Shown here piece after piece: positions 46,702-56,104 of a stretch of DNA of 64,000 nt. The DNA is taken from contig JBMFRB010000005.1 in the NCBI GenBank assembly GCA_049968255.1, positions 5,822 to 69,821 of the forward strand, in the 5' to 3' direction. Source of the DNA: Candidatus Sumerlaeaceae bacterium. Its GTDB lineage: Bacteria; Sumerlaeota; Sumerlaeia; Sumerlaeales; Sumerlaeaceae. How positions within the stretch are numbered: position 1 is the first letter of the stretch; every line of letters starts with the position of its first letter. The notes beneath the pieces are model-generated. The model saw nothing but the letters and a program-made list of their open reading frames with translations, did not search any database and was not told the DNA's origin. The position numbers were made by a program, and so were the translations under genes.

Positions 46702-49539
46702 ATGACAACGGAAGCCGATAAACGAGATTTCAAAGCTACTTTATGTTTGCCTAAGACGGATTTCCCGATGCGTGCGAATTTGGCGCAGCGGGAGCCAGAG
46801 ATTCTGGCACGTTGGAAAAAGGAAAGGCTCTACGAGAAGCTGCAGGCGCGTCCGGCGCAAGGCGAATTTATTCTCCATGATGGGCCGCCTTACGCGAATG
46901 GGCACATTCATATCGGCCACGCCCTTAATAAAATCCTCAAGGATATCGTGGTGCGCTATCACTCGATGCTGGGCAAGCGGGCGCCGTATGTTCCGGGGTG
47001 GGATTGTCATGGTCTGCCAATCGAACAAAAAGTGTCGAGCGAGCTTGGTCCTCGCAAAGCCGAGAAAACGGCACTGGAAATTCGGCACTTGTGCGAAGAG
47101 TATGCCTTGAAGTGGGCGCGCACGCAGAGTGAGGAGTTTCAGCGCTTGGGTGTACAGGGCGACTGGGAGCATCCTTATCTCACACTTCAGCCCGAGGTGG
47201 AAGTGGGCATTGTGGGCGCACTGCGTGACCTCGTGGCCGGCGGCTATATCTACAAAGGAATGAAACCGGTTTTCTGGTGCGCGGAGTGTCAAACGGCGCT
47301 GGCCGACGCTGAAGTCGAATACGAACAGCATACGTCACATTCGATTTACGTAAAATTTCCGATTATCGCGCCAGAGCAGCGTCCTGCGGTGGCTGATCTC
47401 ACACGGCCGAGCATCGTCATCTGGACGACGACCCCGTGGACCCTCCCAGCGAACTTGGCAATCTCGCTTCATCCAGATTTCGTGTATGTGGCGTTGCGCG
47501 TAAAGGGGCCAGACGGCCAGCCAGAGGACTACATTGTGGCGAAAGATCTGGCACAGAGTTTTGCGCGCGATGCACAGATTGGCGACTACGAGATCGTGAA
47601 GGAGCTCCGCGCGAGCGATCTGGAACTGCTCGAATGTGAGCATCCGGTACAACCGGATAAAACGTCCAAGGTGATTCTTGGGACACACGTGACCGCAGAG
47701 CAGGGCACCGGAGCGGTGCATACCGCGCCTGGACATGGCATGGAGGACTTCGTCGTATGCCAAGCTTACGGCATCCCAACATTCGTGCCTGTGGACGCAA
47801 AGGGTTGCTTCACGAGCGACTTTCAGCTTATGGAAGGGATGAACGTTTGGGAAGCTAACGGTCCGATTATCCGCTATCTTGACGAACGCGATCTTCTGGT
47901 GAAAGCGGGCACGATCGAGCACAGCTATCCGCATTGTTGGCGATGTCACCAGCCTATTATTTATCGGGCCACGGAACAATGGTTTCTGCGCGTGGACCAC
48001 AACGAGCTGCGCACGAAAGCGCTAAAATTCATCGATGAAGCCATTGAATGGATCCCGAAATGGGGACATGACCGCATTTACAATATGATGGCCACGCGGC
48101 CGGACTGGTGCCTCTCGCGCCAGCGCGTGTGGGGCGTTCCGATCCCGGCCGTTATCTGCAAGCAATGCCGCCGCTCTACGTTGGACGTCCAGGTCATTGA
48201 GCGTTTTATGGAGCACGTCGCAAAGCGCGGCACGAATGTCTGGTTCGAGGCACCGGTCGAAACATTCCTGCCCGATGGCTTCCAATGCCCCGCATGCGGC
48301 GCGACGCAATTCGACAAGGAAGATAATATCCTCGACGTGTGGTTCGATTCTGGCTCAACACATCTGGCGGTACTCGAACGACGGCAAGAATTGCGCTGGC
48401 CAGCGGACCTTTACCTCGAAGGAAGCGATCAACATCGCGGGTGGTTCCAGAGCAGCCTCATCGTGGCCCTCGGCACGCGCCAGGCTCCGCCGTATCGCGC
48501 GGTGCTGACACACGGGTTCGTGCTCGACGGCAAAGGCGAAGCGATGAGCAAATCCAAGGGCAACGTGATTGCGCCTGAGCAAGTCATCGCCAAGTATGGC
48601 GCCGACGTGCTGCGGCTGTGGGTGGCTTCGCAGGATTATCGTGGGGACTGTCGCGTTTCGCAGGAAATTCTCGAGCGGGTGGGCGAAGCCTATCGCCGCA
48701 TTCGAAACACATTCCGGTTCCTGCTCGGCAATCTTTCCGACTTTGATCCCGCGCAACACACAGTGCCTTACGGAGATCTCCTGGAGATTGATCGCTGGAT
48801 CCTCCACGAGCTGTTCAAGCTCAACAAGCAGGTGCGGCAGGCTTACGCTGACTACGAGTTCCACAAGATCTATCACTGGTTGCATGAGTTCTGTGTGGTG
48901 CAGCTCAGTGCAATTTACCTGGATATCATCAAGGATCGCCTTTACTGCTCGGGGGCTAATTCGCCAGAGCGTCGCGCGGCACAGACCACGCAATACTATC
49001 TGTTCCACCATCTTGTACGGCTGGCAGCGCCGATTCTTGTTTTTACCACGGACGAGGCCTTCACGCATTTGAGCGGCACCGGCCCAAGTGTCCACCTCGA
49101 CACCTTCCTTGAACCTGATCCGCAGTGGGAACAGCCTTCGCTGAGCGAAGAATGGCAACAGTTGCTAGAAGTGCGCGGCGAGGTGCTGCGCGCGCTGGAG
49201 GATGCTCGGCAGGTGAAGCGCGCCATCGGACAATCGCTTGAAGCATGCGTGGCCCTTATGCCAAAATCGCCGCAATGGCGGGCGTTGCTCGAACGCCACA
49301 CGCACCTGCTGGCAGAAATTTTCATTACGTCCCAAGCTGAAATTGTTGACGAAGCGATTCCGGAAGAGACTATAGTCACATCTTTCGAGGGAACAACCAC
49401 ACAGGTTTTCGTGGCAAAAGCTCTCGGTAACAAATGCGAGCGATGTTGGCGGGTTCTCCCGAGTGTGGGAAAAGATGCCGACTATCCGACAATCTGCGAC
49501 AGGTGCGCAAACGTCGTGCGGAGGTACTACAATGGCTAA
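46702..49539 (+). CDS. ileS: Isoleucine--tRNA ligase (type 1, C-terminal Zn finger)
   Basis: LHDGPPYANG, HIGH, PGWDCHGLPIE, WTTTPWT, EGSDQHRGWF, AMSKS, CERCWR...CDRC. Confidence 0.98.
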   Translation: MTTEADKRDFKATLCLPKTDFPMRANLAQREPEILARWKKERLYEKLQARPAQGEFILHDGPPYANGHIHIGHALNKILKDIVVRYHSMLGKRAPYVPGWDCHGLPIEQKVSSELGPRKAEKTALEIRHLCEEYALKWARTQSEEFQRLGVQGDWEHPYLTLQPEVEVGIVGALRDLVAGGYIYKGMKPVFWCAECQTALADAEVEYEQHTSHSIYVKFPIIAPEQRPAVADLTRPSIVIWTTTPWTLPANLAISLHPDFVYVALRVKGPDGQPEDYIVAKDLAQSFARDAQIGDYEIVKELRASDLELLECEHPVQPDKTSKVILGTHVTAEQGTGAVHTAPGHGMEDFVVCQAYGIPTFVPVDAKGCFTSDFQLMEGMNVWEANGPIIRYLDERDLLVKAGTIEHSYPHCWRCHQPIIYRATEQWFLRVDHNELRTKALKFIDEAIEWIPKWGHDRIYNMMATRPDWCLSRQRVWGVPIPAVICKQCRRSTLDVQVIERFMEHVAKRGTNVWFEAPVETFLPDGFQCPACGATQFDKEDNILDVWFDSGSTHLAVLERRQELRWPADLYLEGSDQHRGWFQSSLIVALGTRQAPPYRAVLTHGFVLDGKGEAMSKSKGNVIAPEQVIAKYGADVLRLWVASQDYRGDCRVSQEILERVGEAYRRIRNTFRFLLGNLSDFDPAQHTVPYGDLLEIDRWILHELFKLNKQVRQAYADYEFHKIYHWLHEFCVVQLSAIYLDIIKDRLYCSGANSPERRAAQTTQYYLFHHLVRLAAPILVFTTDEAFTHLSGTGPSVHLDTFLEPDPQWEQPSLSEEWQQLLEVRGEVLRALEDARQVKRAIGQSLEACVALMPKSPQWRALLERHTHLLAEIFITSQAEIVDEAIPEETIVTSFEGTTTQVFVAKALGNKCERCWRVLPSVGKDADYPTICDRCANVVRRYYNG

Positions 49540-50617
49540 AACAAAAGACGAGACCAATAAGAAGAAAGCTGCAGCTAAAGCCGCCGCAGCTAAGAAGTCC
49601 GGCACCTCAAAAACAAAAGTGGCCTCCGCGAAGAAGCAGTCGGCGACGAAGAACGTGAAGGCTGGTGCGGCAAAAGCAGGGGCCAAGAAAGGCTTAGCCA
49701 AACCTGCCGCGAAGAAGGCCGAGAAGGCCACAAAGAAAACAGCAGCTCGATCCACAGCTGCGGCCAAAAAAGTGGAGAAAAAACCAAAGGCGTCCGCGAC
49801 GAAGAAAAAGGTGGCCACCAAGACCTCTAAGCCCGCTGCCGCAAAAGTCTCGGCGAAGAAAGCTGTGAAGTCCACCGTGAAGAATACCGTGGCTAAAGCG
49901 GCTAAGGGCGCCCAGCCGGTCACCGCAACCAAAAATAAGGCCGTGGGCGCACCGAAAAAGGCGACAACGAAGGCAAAAGCGGCAACATCCGCAAAGAAAA
50001 CTGCGGCCAAAACGGAAGCCAAAAGCAACTCGCCTAAGGTTACTAAGAAAGCCAGCGCCAAGCCGGTGGCAAAGAAGGTTGCTCCGCAAGGAGTTAAGCG
50101 GCCGAAAACGACAGCACCAGCTCCTGGGGCCGTGACTAAGCGGCCAGTGATCCGTCGAAAGATCAAGTCCGCTCCAGAGGCACTTGCTGCTGTTCCAACA
50201 ACGCCAGTTCAGCCTCCTCCCCCAGAGCCAGTGAAACCCGTTCTTTCGCCTGAGCAACTGGAGGAGATCCGTCAGATGTTGCTTCAGGAGCGCGAGCAAC
50301 TGCTTGCCGAAGTGCGGAGCATGGACGAAAGTGCTTACTGGGAGAATCTTGGCGATTCTTCAGATTTGCGGGGCTCGCACCATGCGGACGAAGTGGACAT
50401 TGCCTCGGACGCCACAGAGTTAGAGACGGCGCTGAATTTGCGCTCGATCGAAGGCCAACAGTTGCAAGAGATCGAGATGGCGCTTCAGGCCATTGCACGT
50501 GGCAACTATGGCATCTGCGAAGAGTGCGGCAAGCCGATTGACATTGAGCGACTTCGCGTGAAACCAATGGCGCGGTTCTGCGTGCCGTGCCTTCGCCAAA
50601 AGGAAGGTAAACGCTGA
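49532..50617 (+). CDS. dksA: DksA/TraR C4 zinc-finger protein with long Lys/Ala-rich histone-H1-like N-terminus
   Basis: GGAGG RBS. About 200 aa of K/A/T-rich sequence, coiled-coil tip DEVDIAS, then YGICEECG..I..ERL...P.A.FCVPC. ileS-dksA-lspA order. Confidence 0.85.
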   Translation: MAKTKDETNKKKAAAKAAAAKKSGTSKTKVASAKKQSATKNVKAGAAKAGAKKGLAKPAAKKAEKATKKTAARSTAAAKKVEKKPKASATKKKVATKTSKPAAAKVSAKKAVKSTVKNTVAKAAKGAQPVTATKNKAVGAPKKATTKAKAATSAKKTAAKTEAKSNSPKVTKKASAKPVAKKVAPQGVKRPKTTAPAPGAVTKRPVIRRKIKSAPEALAAVPTTPVQPPPPEPVKPVLSPEQLEEIRQMLLQEREQLLAEVRSMDESAYWENLGDSSDLRGSHHADEVDIASDATELETALNLRSIEGQQLQEIEMALQAIARGNYGICEECGKPIDIERLRVKPMARFCVPCLRQKEGKR

Positions 50618-50625
50618 GAGGCTGG

Positions 50626-51177
50626 ATGTGGTTCTACGTGCCGGCGGCGTGCGTCGTCGCCGCGGATCAGATCACCAAATGGCTTGCACTCACGTGGCTA
50701 GCTGAACAACCCGGGCGACGCGTTGCGCTTATTCCCGGATTGTTTGATCTCTACCTTCAGTTCAACACGGGCGGGGCTTTTTCGCTTTTTCATGATCGGC
50801 CCGGTCTCATTCTTGTTTTCGCACTCGTGACGGTCGCCTGGATGATCTGGTATGTGCAACGCCTACCGTCCGCGAGAATCACGGAGCGCCTGGCGTTCGG
50901 CCTCATCGTTGGCGGTGCCCTAGGAAACCTCGCCGATCGCTTACGATTGGGCTTTGTCGTGGACTTCTTTCACGTCTACTGGCGCCAGTGGTACTGGCCG
51001 ACCTTCAACGTAGCGGATTCAGCAATTTGTGTGGGCGTAGGTCTTTTTTTGTATATGACGTTCGTGACATCAGCGCGTTTGGCCCAGCAGCAATCCAAGG
51101 CATCTGAGGAGCACCGACAGAGCGTTGACGACGCGCCACAAGGCGAAATAAACGAGAAGAGCTCCGACGAACGCTGA
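50626..51177 (+). CDS. lspA: Lipoprotein signal peptidase II
   Basis: DQITK, NTGGAFS, GGALGNLADR, VVDF, PTFNVADSAI. Confidence 0.96.
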   Translation: MWFYVPAACVVAADQITKWLALTWLAEQPGRRVALIPGLFDLYLQFNTGGAFSLFHDRPGLILVFALVTVAWMIWYVQRLPSARITERLAFGLIVGGALGNLADRLRLGFVVDFFHVYWRQWYWPTFNVADSAICVGVGLFLYMTFVTSARLAQQQSKASEEHRQSVDDAPQGEINEKSSDER

Positions 51178-51214
51178 CGTGTTGGACTTGCCGCAGACAT
51201 TTATGGAGGTCTGC

Positions 51215-51862
51215 TCAAGCGAATTTCGAGCCTTTACACGTCGCTCGACGAACGCTGACGCTTTCGAACAATGCAAGCAACCGTGCGCCTAGTTCGCGCA
51301 ATTCCACGCGTGCACGCACGAAGAGAGGATAGCGTCGCCGATCAGCGGCAACGCCGATGGCGTCAATGCCGCAATTGGCTGCGAGCCAGAGCGCACGCGG
51401 GAGATGAAAACTTTGTGTCACAATGAAGGCTGAATGGATGCCAGCCTGCTGCGCGTGAAGCATGGTGAGCAGCGTGCGTCGTCCCGCTGGATCGCAGACA
51501 ATATCTCCCTCCGAAACTCTACGGGCACGCAACCATTCGGCCATGGTGGTGACTTCGTGATTGCTCGCCGGGGAATCATCTCCGCTGAGAAACAGAAGTT
51601 TGGCGCATCCTTGCTGATATAGATCGAGAGCTGTAGCTAGACGATCTTCGAGCATGAGCGAAGGGCGCCCCGATGGCCACACACGAGCGCCGAGAACAAT
51701 GGCCACACCTGGCACCGAACCCGACGGGATTTCCTCGATGGATATGATGCGCTTGCGCGCTCGCCATGTCATGATTGCAGTCGCAGCCACGACCGCAACG
51801 CCACACACGGCAAATGCGCCAACAGTGGCCAATGCCCAAAATGCGTCGAGCTTGTCAGGCAC
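51215..51862 (-). CDS. SanA/DUF218 family protein
   Basis: [36 protein letters not shown]. Confidence 0.85.
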   Translation of the reverse strand: MPDKLDAFWALATVGAFAVCGVAVVAATAIMTWRARKRIISIEEIPSGSVPGVAIVLGARVWPSGRPSLMLEDRLATALDLYQQGCAKLLFLSGDDSPASNHEVTTMAEWLRARRVSEGDIVCDPAGRRTLLTMLHAQQAGIHSAFIVTQSFHLPRALWLAANCGIDAIGVAADRRRYPLFVRARVELRELGARLLALFESVSVRRATCKGSKFA

Positions 51863-52628
51863 TGTGATAGAGCAGAATTTCCTCTGGGGTGTAGCGCCGA
51901 CTTAGTTCCTCAGCGCGCGCGATAGCTCGGACCATCTCTCGCACAGCACGCTCGAACCCTACCAAAACAGCGTGGGATACGATCGAATGGCCGATGTGAA
52001 GTTCGTGAAGGCCAGCAATCGCGGCAACGGGCAGAACATTGCGAAGATTGAGGCCATGCCCCGCATTGACGCGCATACCGAGCTCCTGCGCATAGCGGGC
52101 TCCTTCGACCAATTTCTTCAGTTCAGCCAGCCGAGCCTGCTCGCCACACGCATTCGCATAGGCGCCGGTGTGGAGTTCGAGAAAATCGGCACCGCACTCG
52201 CGTACCGCTTCGATCTGATGGCGCTCAGGATCAATAAAATGACTCACGAGCATGCCGGCAGCCTTCATGCGCTTGGTGGCATCACCTATGCGACGGAGGT
52301 TGCCGGCCACATCGAGACCGCCTTCGGTCGTGATTTCTTGGCGTCGCTCGGGAACGAACATCACCATGGAAGGACGAACCTTTTCCGCGATGGCGAGCAT
52401 TTCCTCCACTGCAGCCATCTCGAGATTGAGGCGCGTTTTCACCACTTCGCGCAACCGATAGACATCTGCATCCTGAATGTGGCGGCGGTCTTCACGCAGA
52501 TGGCAGGTAATACCTGCGGCACCGGCCAACTCTGCAAGCACGGCTGCAGCTACGGGATCAGGCTCGGTGATACGGCGCGCCTGACGTACCGTGGCCACGT
52601 GATCCACATTGACGCAAAGCTTTGCCAT
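51855..52628 (-). CDS. pdxJ: Pyridoxine 5'-phosphate synthase
   Basis: [48 protein letters not shown]. Confidence 0.97.
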   Translation of the reverse strand: MAKLCVNVDHVATVRQARRITEPDPVAAAVLAELAGAAGITCHLREDRRHIQDADVYRLREVVKTRLNLEMAAVEEMLAIAEKVRPSMVMFVPERRQEITTEGGLDVAGNLRRIGDATKRMKAAGMLVSHFIDPERHQIEAVRECGADFLELHTGAYANACGEQARLAELKKLVEGARYAQELGMRVNAGHGLNLRNVLPVAAIAGLHELHIGHSIVSHAVLVGFERAVREMVRAIARAEELSRRYTPEEILLYHSA

Positions 52629-52663
52629 GATGCCCTCCGGATGAAGCAAATTTTGCAAATAAA

Positions 52664-53743
52664 TTACTTTTTTTCAGGTGGTTGCTTTGCAACGTAGCGC
52701 ACTTGGATGGTTTTGGGTTCCACGGTGCGGATCGTCAACTTCGAGCGAATGTCTTCAGGCGTATTGGCACTGAAATGTGCTTCGAGCCCGACCTCGCGCG
52801 TGGTTCCTGGAATCTCTTCCGCGGGCCGAACGAAGGACACTTCGATCATGTCAGGTGTGACCTTGGGCAAGAGGCTTTGGGGGCCAAAAAGTGTGACGGT
52901 GCAATCTTTTCTATCATATTCTACGCTGACGCTTTCCGGCGCCACAGCACTCAGGTTGATCTTCACGCCGCGCAGTTCGCGAACGGTTTGAATTTCCTGG
53001 ATCTCAATGCTGACTTCCGCTGTGGTCGTCTTTGGATGAATAATTTCTAGGCCGGGCGGCACGCGCAAGGGAACGGTCATAAGCCCGCCTTGGGTGCGCC
53101 CCGCGATGTCTATGCGGTTGGTGAGAATTTTTATCTTGCTTGTTTCAGCGTCGCGTGGCACAGCAAAGAGGATTTCGGGACGCCCGGTGACCCATACCTC
53201 CGGCGGGTCCACGCGCACCGGTGGAACAAGCTGATAACCGGAAGGAAGTTTGTCCGTTCCCACAAGGTCGGGCACGATCACAGCGGGCTCAGCTTTCCAA
53301 CGAGCCTCGACGCGCACAGTGTTCGTAGGAGCGCCGACCTTGACCAGCGTCACTCGCCGCGCCCCGCGAATTTTGGCCACAAGGTTCTTCTCATTCATGG
53401 GCTCTGTCTTCGACAGCCAGTCGAGCCCGAGCTGGTCGCGTAGGTCTGAAATATCCACCGAAAACCGAAAATTCTCGCTCGTAATATAATTGCGCAACTC
53501 CTTCGGATAGCGGAGAATCACAGGCATCTGGCTGGGTGAGACTCGAATTTCGATCCGTGGGTCCTCCGGCGTGACGACAACGGGAATTGTGAGTCCCGCC
53601 TCTTCACTTTCGCTGAGCTTAGCAAAGAGCCATACCGCGACCGCAAGGCCGACAGAGACGGCAAGGAGATTGAAATTCTCACGCCAGCGCTGCGATCTAT
53701 GCGGGAACGTTCGCTTCTTCTGTGGTTTCTTCACTTCGGGCAT
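52664..53743 (-). CDS. cdaR: CdaR/YbbR-domain protein
   Basis: Single TM (LAV...AVAVW) followed by beta-rich YbbR-like repeats (V.P..V.V.G). Overlaps the end of cdaA. Confidence 0.7.
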   Translation of the reverse strand: MPEVKKPQKKRTFPHRSQRWRENFNLLAVSVGLAVAVWLFAKLSESEEAGLTIPVVVTPEDPRIEIRVSPSQMPVILRYPKELRNYITSENFRFSVDISDLRDQLGLDWLSKTEPMNEKNLVAKIRGARRVTLVKVGAPTNTVRVEARWKAEPAVIVPDLVGTDKLPSGYQLVPPVRVDPPEVWVTGRPEILFAVPRDAETSKIKILTNRIDIAGRTQGGLMTVPLRVPPGLEIIHPKTTTAEVSIEIQEIQTVRELRGVKINLSAVAPESVSVEYDRKDCTVTLFGPQSLLPKVTPDMIEVSFVRPAEEIPGTTREVGLEAHFSANTPEDIRSKLTIRTVEPKTIQVRYVAKQPPEKK

Positions 53744-54509
53744 CTGTTAGGTCCAATAGCTGTTTGCGCAGCGTATCAAGCGTGTGATTGCGCTCCAACT
53801 TTCCGCGGTAAGCGAGCGAAATAATTCCCGTTTCTTCTGACACGACTATTACGGCTGCGTCTGTTTCTTGGCTCAAGCCGATCGCGGCCAAATGGCGTGT
53901 GCCGTATTCCTTATTCAGTGTGGGATCGTTGGCCAAGGGCAGGATGCAAGCTGCGGCCAGGATGCGATCATTTCGCAGGATCACTGCACCGTCGTGCAGA
54001 GGACTGTAGGTCATGAAAATGGTGCGCAGCAGCTCGCTAGAGATAAGCCCGTCAATGCGCGTGCCTGTGTCAGCATACGTATCAAGTGGCGTGTGGCGTT
54101 CGATGCAAATGAGCGCTCCAATCTTTTGGCGAGAAAAAGCGCGCACGGCTTTTAGCACTTCATCCAGATGTTCGCCGCTATTTGGGGCGAAAATTCGTCG
54201 AAACAGCCGTAGCTGCCCGACATCGGTGAGCGCTTTGCGAAATTCGTTCTGAAACACGATAAGAAAAATGAGTACGATAACGATCCAAAATTTCTCGAAG
54301 AGCATCACTGTGGCGGTAAGGCCAAAAATGCGTGCAAACCCGTAGAGAAATATCGCGCCAACAATGACGCCGACTAGTCCTTGGAGGGCCGAGGAGGAAC
54401 GAGTTTCGCGCAGGATCGCTAACAAAATAAAAACAATGGCTGCCACAATGGCGATATCAAGCAGATCGCTCACTCGTATTGAATATATGAGGTCCCATAT
54501 TTGGGCCAT
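53697..54509 (-). CDS. cdaA: Membrane diadenylate cyclase CdaA/DacA
   Basis: Three TM helices, LDIAIV, VFQNEFRKAL, GALICIER, SPLHDGAV, GTRHLAA, VSEETG.IS. Confidence 0.93.
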   Translation of the reverse strand: MAQIWDLIYSIRVSDLLDIAIVAAIVFILLAILRETRSSSALQGLVGVIVGAIFLYGFARIFGLTATVMLFEKFWIVIVLIFLIVFQNEFRKALTDVGQLRLFRRIFAPNSGEHLDEVLKAVRAFSRQKIGALICIERHTPLDTYADTGTRIDGLISSELLRTIFMTYSPLHDGAVILRNDRILAAACILPLANDPTLNKEYGTRHLAAIGLSQETDAAVIVVSEETGIISLAYRGKLERNHTLDTLRKQLLDLTDARSEETTEEANVPA

Positions 54510-54696
54510 ATGTTGATCCCTTGGCCTGAAATCGATTGGCGCTGTGGTGATTTTCAAAGCGCACCGCATCGCGATGCAAGAGAAGAAACGGTGGGGCACC
54601 GCTTGCTGCTTCGAGAAATGGACTTGAAAGCAACGCTCATACAGCAATCATCGCAAGAATTGGTTATTCCCCAAAAAAATAAGGAGCCAACGAGAG

Positions 54697-55524
54697 GTGA
54701 TGACGCTGCGTGAGCAAATTCGTGAAGCAGTGGAGTTCATCCGCACAAAGTCTTGCCTTGTTCCCGAGGTGGGAATTATTTTGGGAACGGGCATGGGGGC
54801 CATGGCCAACGAGGTGCAGAGCGACGTCATCATTGATTATCGCGAAATCCCCTATTTTCCTGTTTCGACAGTGGAATCGCACGCCGGCAAACTGCATTTG
54901 GGCACCTTCGTGGGAAAGCGCGTGTTCATGATGCAAGGCCGCTTCCATTACTATGAAGGTTACACGATGCAGCAGGTGACTTTCCCTGTGCGCGTGATGC
55001 GCGCAATGGGTGCGCGCACGCTGATCGTGATGAACGCTGTGGGCTCGATGAACCCTCTCATTCCGCCCGGTTCTCTCGTGCTGGTGCAGGATCACATCAA
55101 CCTCATGGGAGACAATCCACTCATCGGCCCGAATGATGAGGAGCTGGGCCCACGCTTTCCGGACATGAGCGAGCCCTACAACCGGGAGCTCATTGCGCTG
55201 GCCGAACGGGTGGCGCTGGAGAAGCAGATCCCGAACGTCTATCGCGGCATCATGGTCGCAGTGACAGGGCCAAACCTCGAAACAGCGGCCGAGTATCGGA
55301 TGTTCCAGCGCATCGGAGCGGACATCGTCACGATGAGCACCGTACCCGAAGTGATTGTTGCAGTGCATGGCGGTATGCGCGTGTTGGCAATTTCCACGGT
55401 GACAGATGCATGTCTGCCGGACGCCCTCGAGCCAGCGTCGCTCGACAAGATTCTAAAAGTGGCCGCCGAAACCGAGCCACGGTTGGCGACGCTTGTGAAG
55501 GGGATCCTCGAAAAATTGCCATAA
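54697..55524 (+). CDS. punA: Purine nucleoside phosphorylase (trimeric PNP/MTAP family)
   Basis: IILGTG, STVESHAG, QGRFHYYEGY, DHIN, GPRFPDMS, GPNLET.AE, MSTVPE. Confidence 0.92.
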   Translation: MMTLREQIREAVEFIRTKSCLVPEVGIILGTGMGAMANEVQSDVIIDYREIPYFPVSTVESHAGKLHLGTFVGKRVFMMQGRFHYYEGYTMQQVTFPVRVMRAMGARTLIVMNAVGSMNPLIPPGSLVLVQDHINLMGDNPLIGPNDEELGPRFPDMSEPYNRELIALAERVALEKQIPNVYRGIMVAVTGPNLETAAEYRMFQRIGADIVTMSTVPEVIVAVHGGMRVLAISTVTDACLPDALEPASLDKILKVAAETEPRLATLVKGILEKLP

Positions 55525-55574
55525 GACGAAATTCATTCTTCAAGCCGCGGAGGCTAACAACAAAGGAGTCTGAT

Positions 55575-55994
55575 ATGGCCGTACAGATTGACGCCATTTA
55601 CGATGGAAATTTGATTTGCCGCGCGACTCATGGGCCGTCGCGCCAAACAGTGACAACAGATGCACCGGTGGACAACGGCGGACGTGGCTCGGCATTTTCG
55701 CCGACCGACCTTCTGGCCACCGCTTTCGCGACCTGTATGCTCACAATTATGGGGCTGGTGGCCCAGAAACGCGGTGTGGACATTGCCGGCACGCAATGTA
55801 CTGTCACCAAAGAGATGGTGGCCGACCCCGTCCGCCGAGTCGGTAAGCTCACGGCGCGCATTGTCATGCCTCAAGGAAGGCATTACGATGCGCAAACGCG
55901 CAAGGCGCTGGAAGAGGGAGCCCTATCTTGCCCGGTGAAGCAGAGTTTGCATCCGGATGTCATCCTCGACGTGGAGTTTGTTTATCCCGACTGA
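55575..55994 (+). CDS. OsmC-family protein
   Basis: TDAPVDNGG.G..FSPTDL.A....C, CPV..SL.P. AAGGAG RBS. Confidence 0.9.
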   Translation: MAVQIDAIYDGNLICRATHGPSRQTVTTDAPVDNGGRGSAFSPTDLLATAFATCMLTIMGLVAQKRGVDIAGTQCTVTKEMVADPVRRVGKLTARIVMPQGRHYDAQTRKALEEGALSCPVKQSLHPDVILDVEFVYPD

Positions 55995-56104
55995 GGGCCG
56001 ACAGCGGAAAGAGAGCGGGGAGACCTCAGGTTCGCACAGCGCTACAGATTGCGAGGGGGCTTCAGCGTTGCCTCCAGCAGAGATCCAGAGGATGCACGAA
56101 CTCG

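Noticed and set aside
49165-50299. Hydrophobic minus-strand ORFs (333 aa and 201 aa) that look like membrane proteins
   Set aside because: They are antisense shadows of the Lys/Ala codon repeats in dksA (AAG/AAA read as Leu/Phe).
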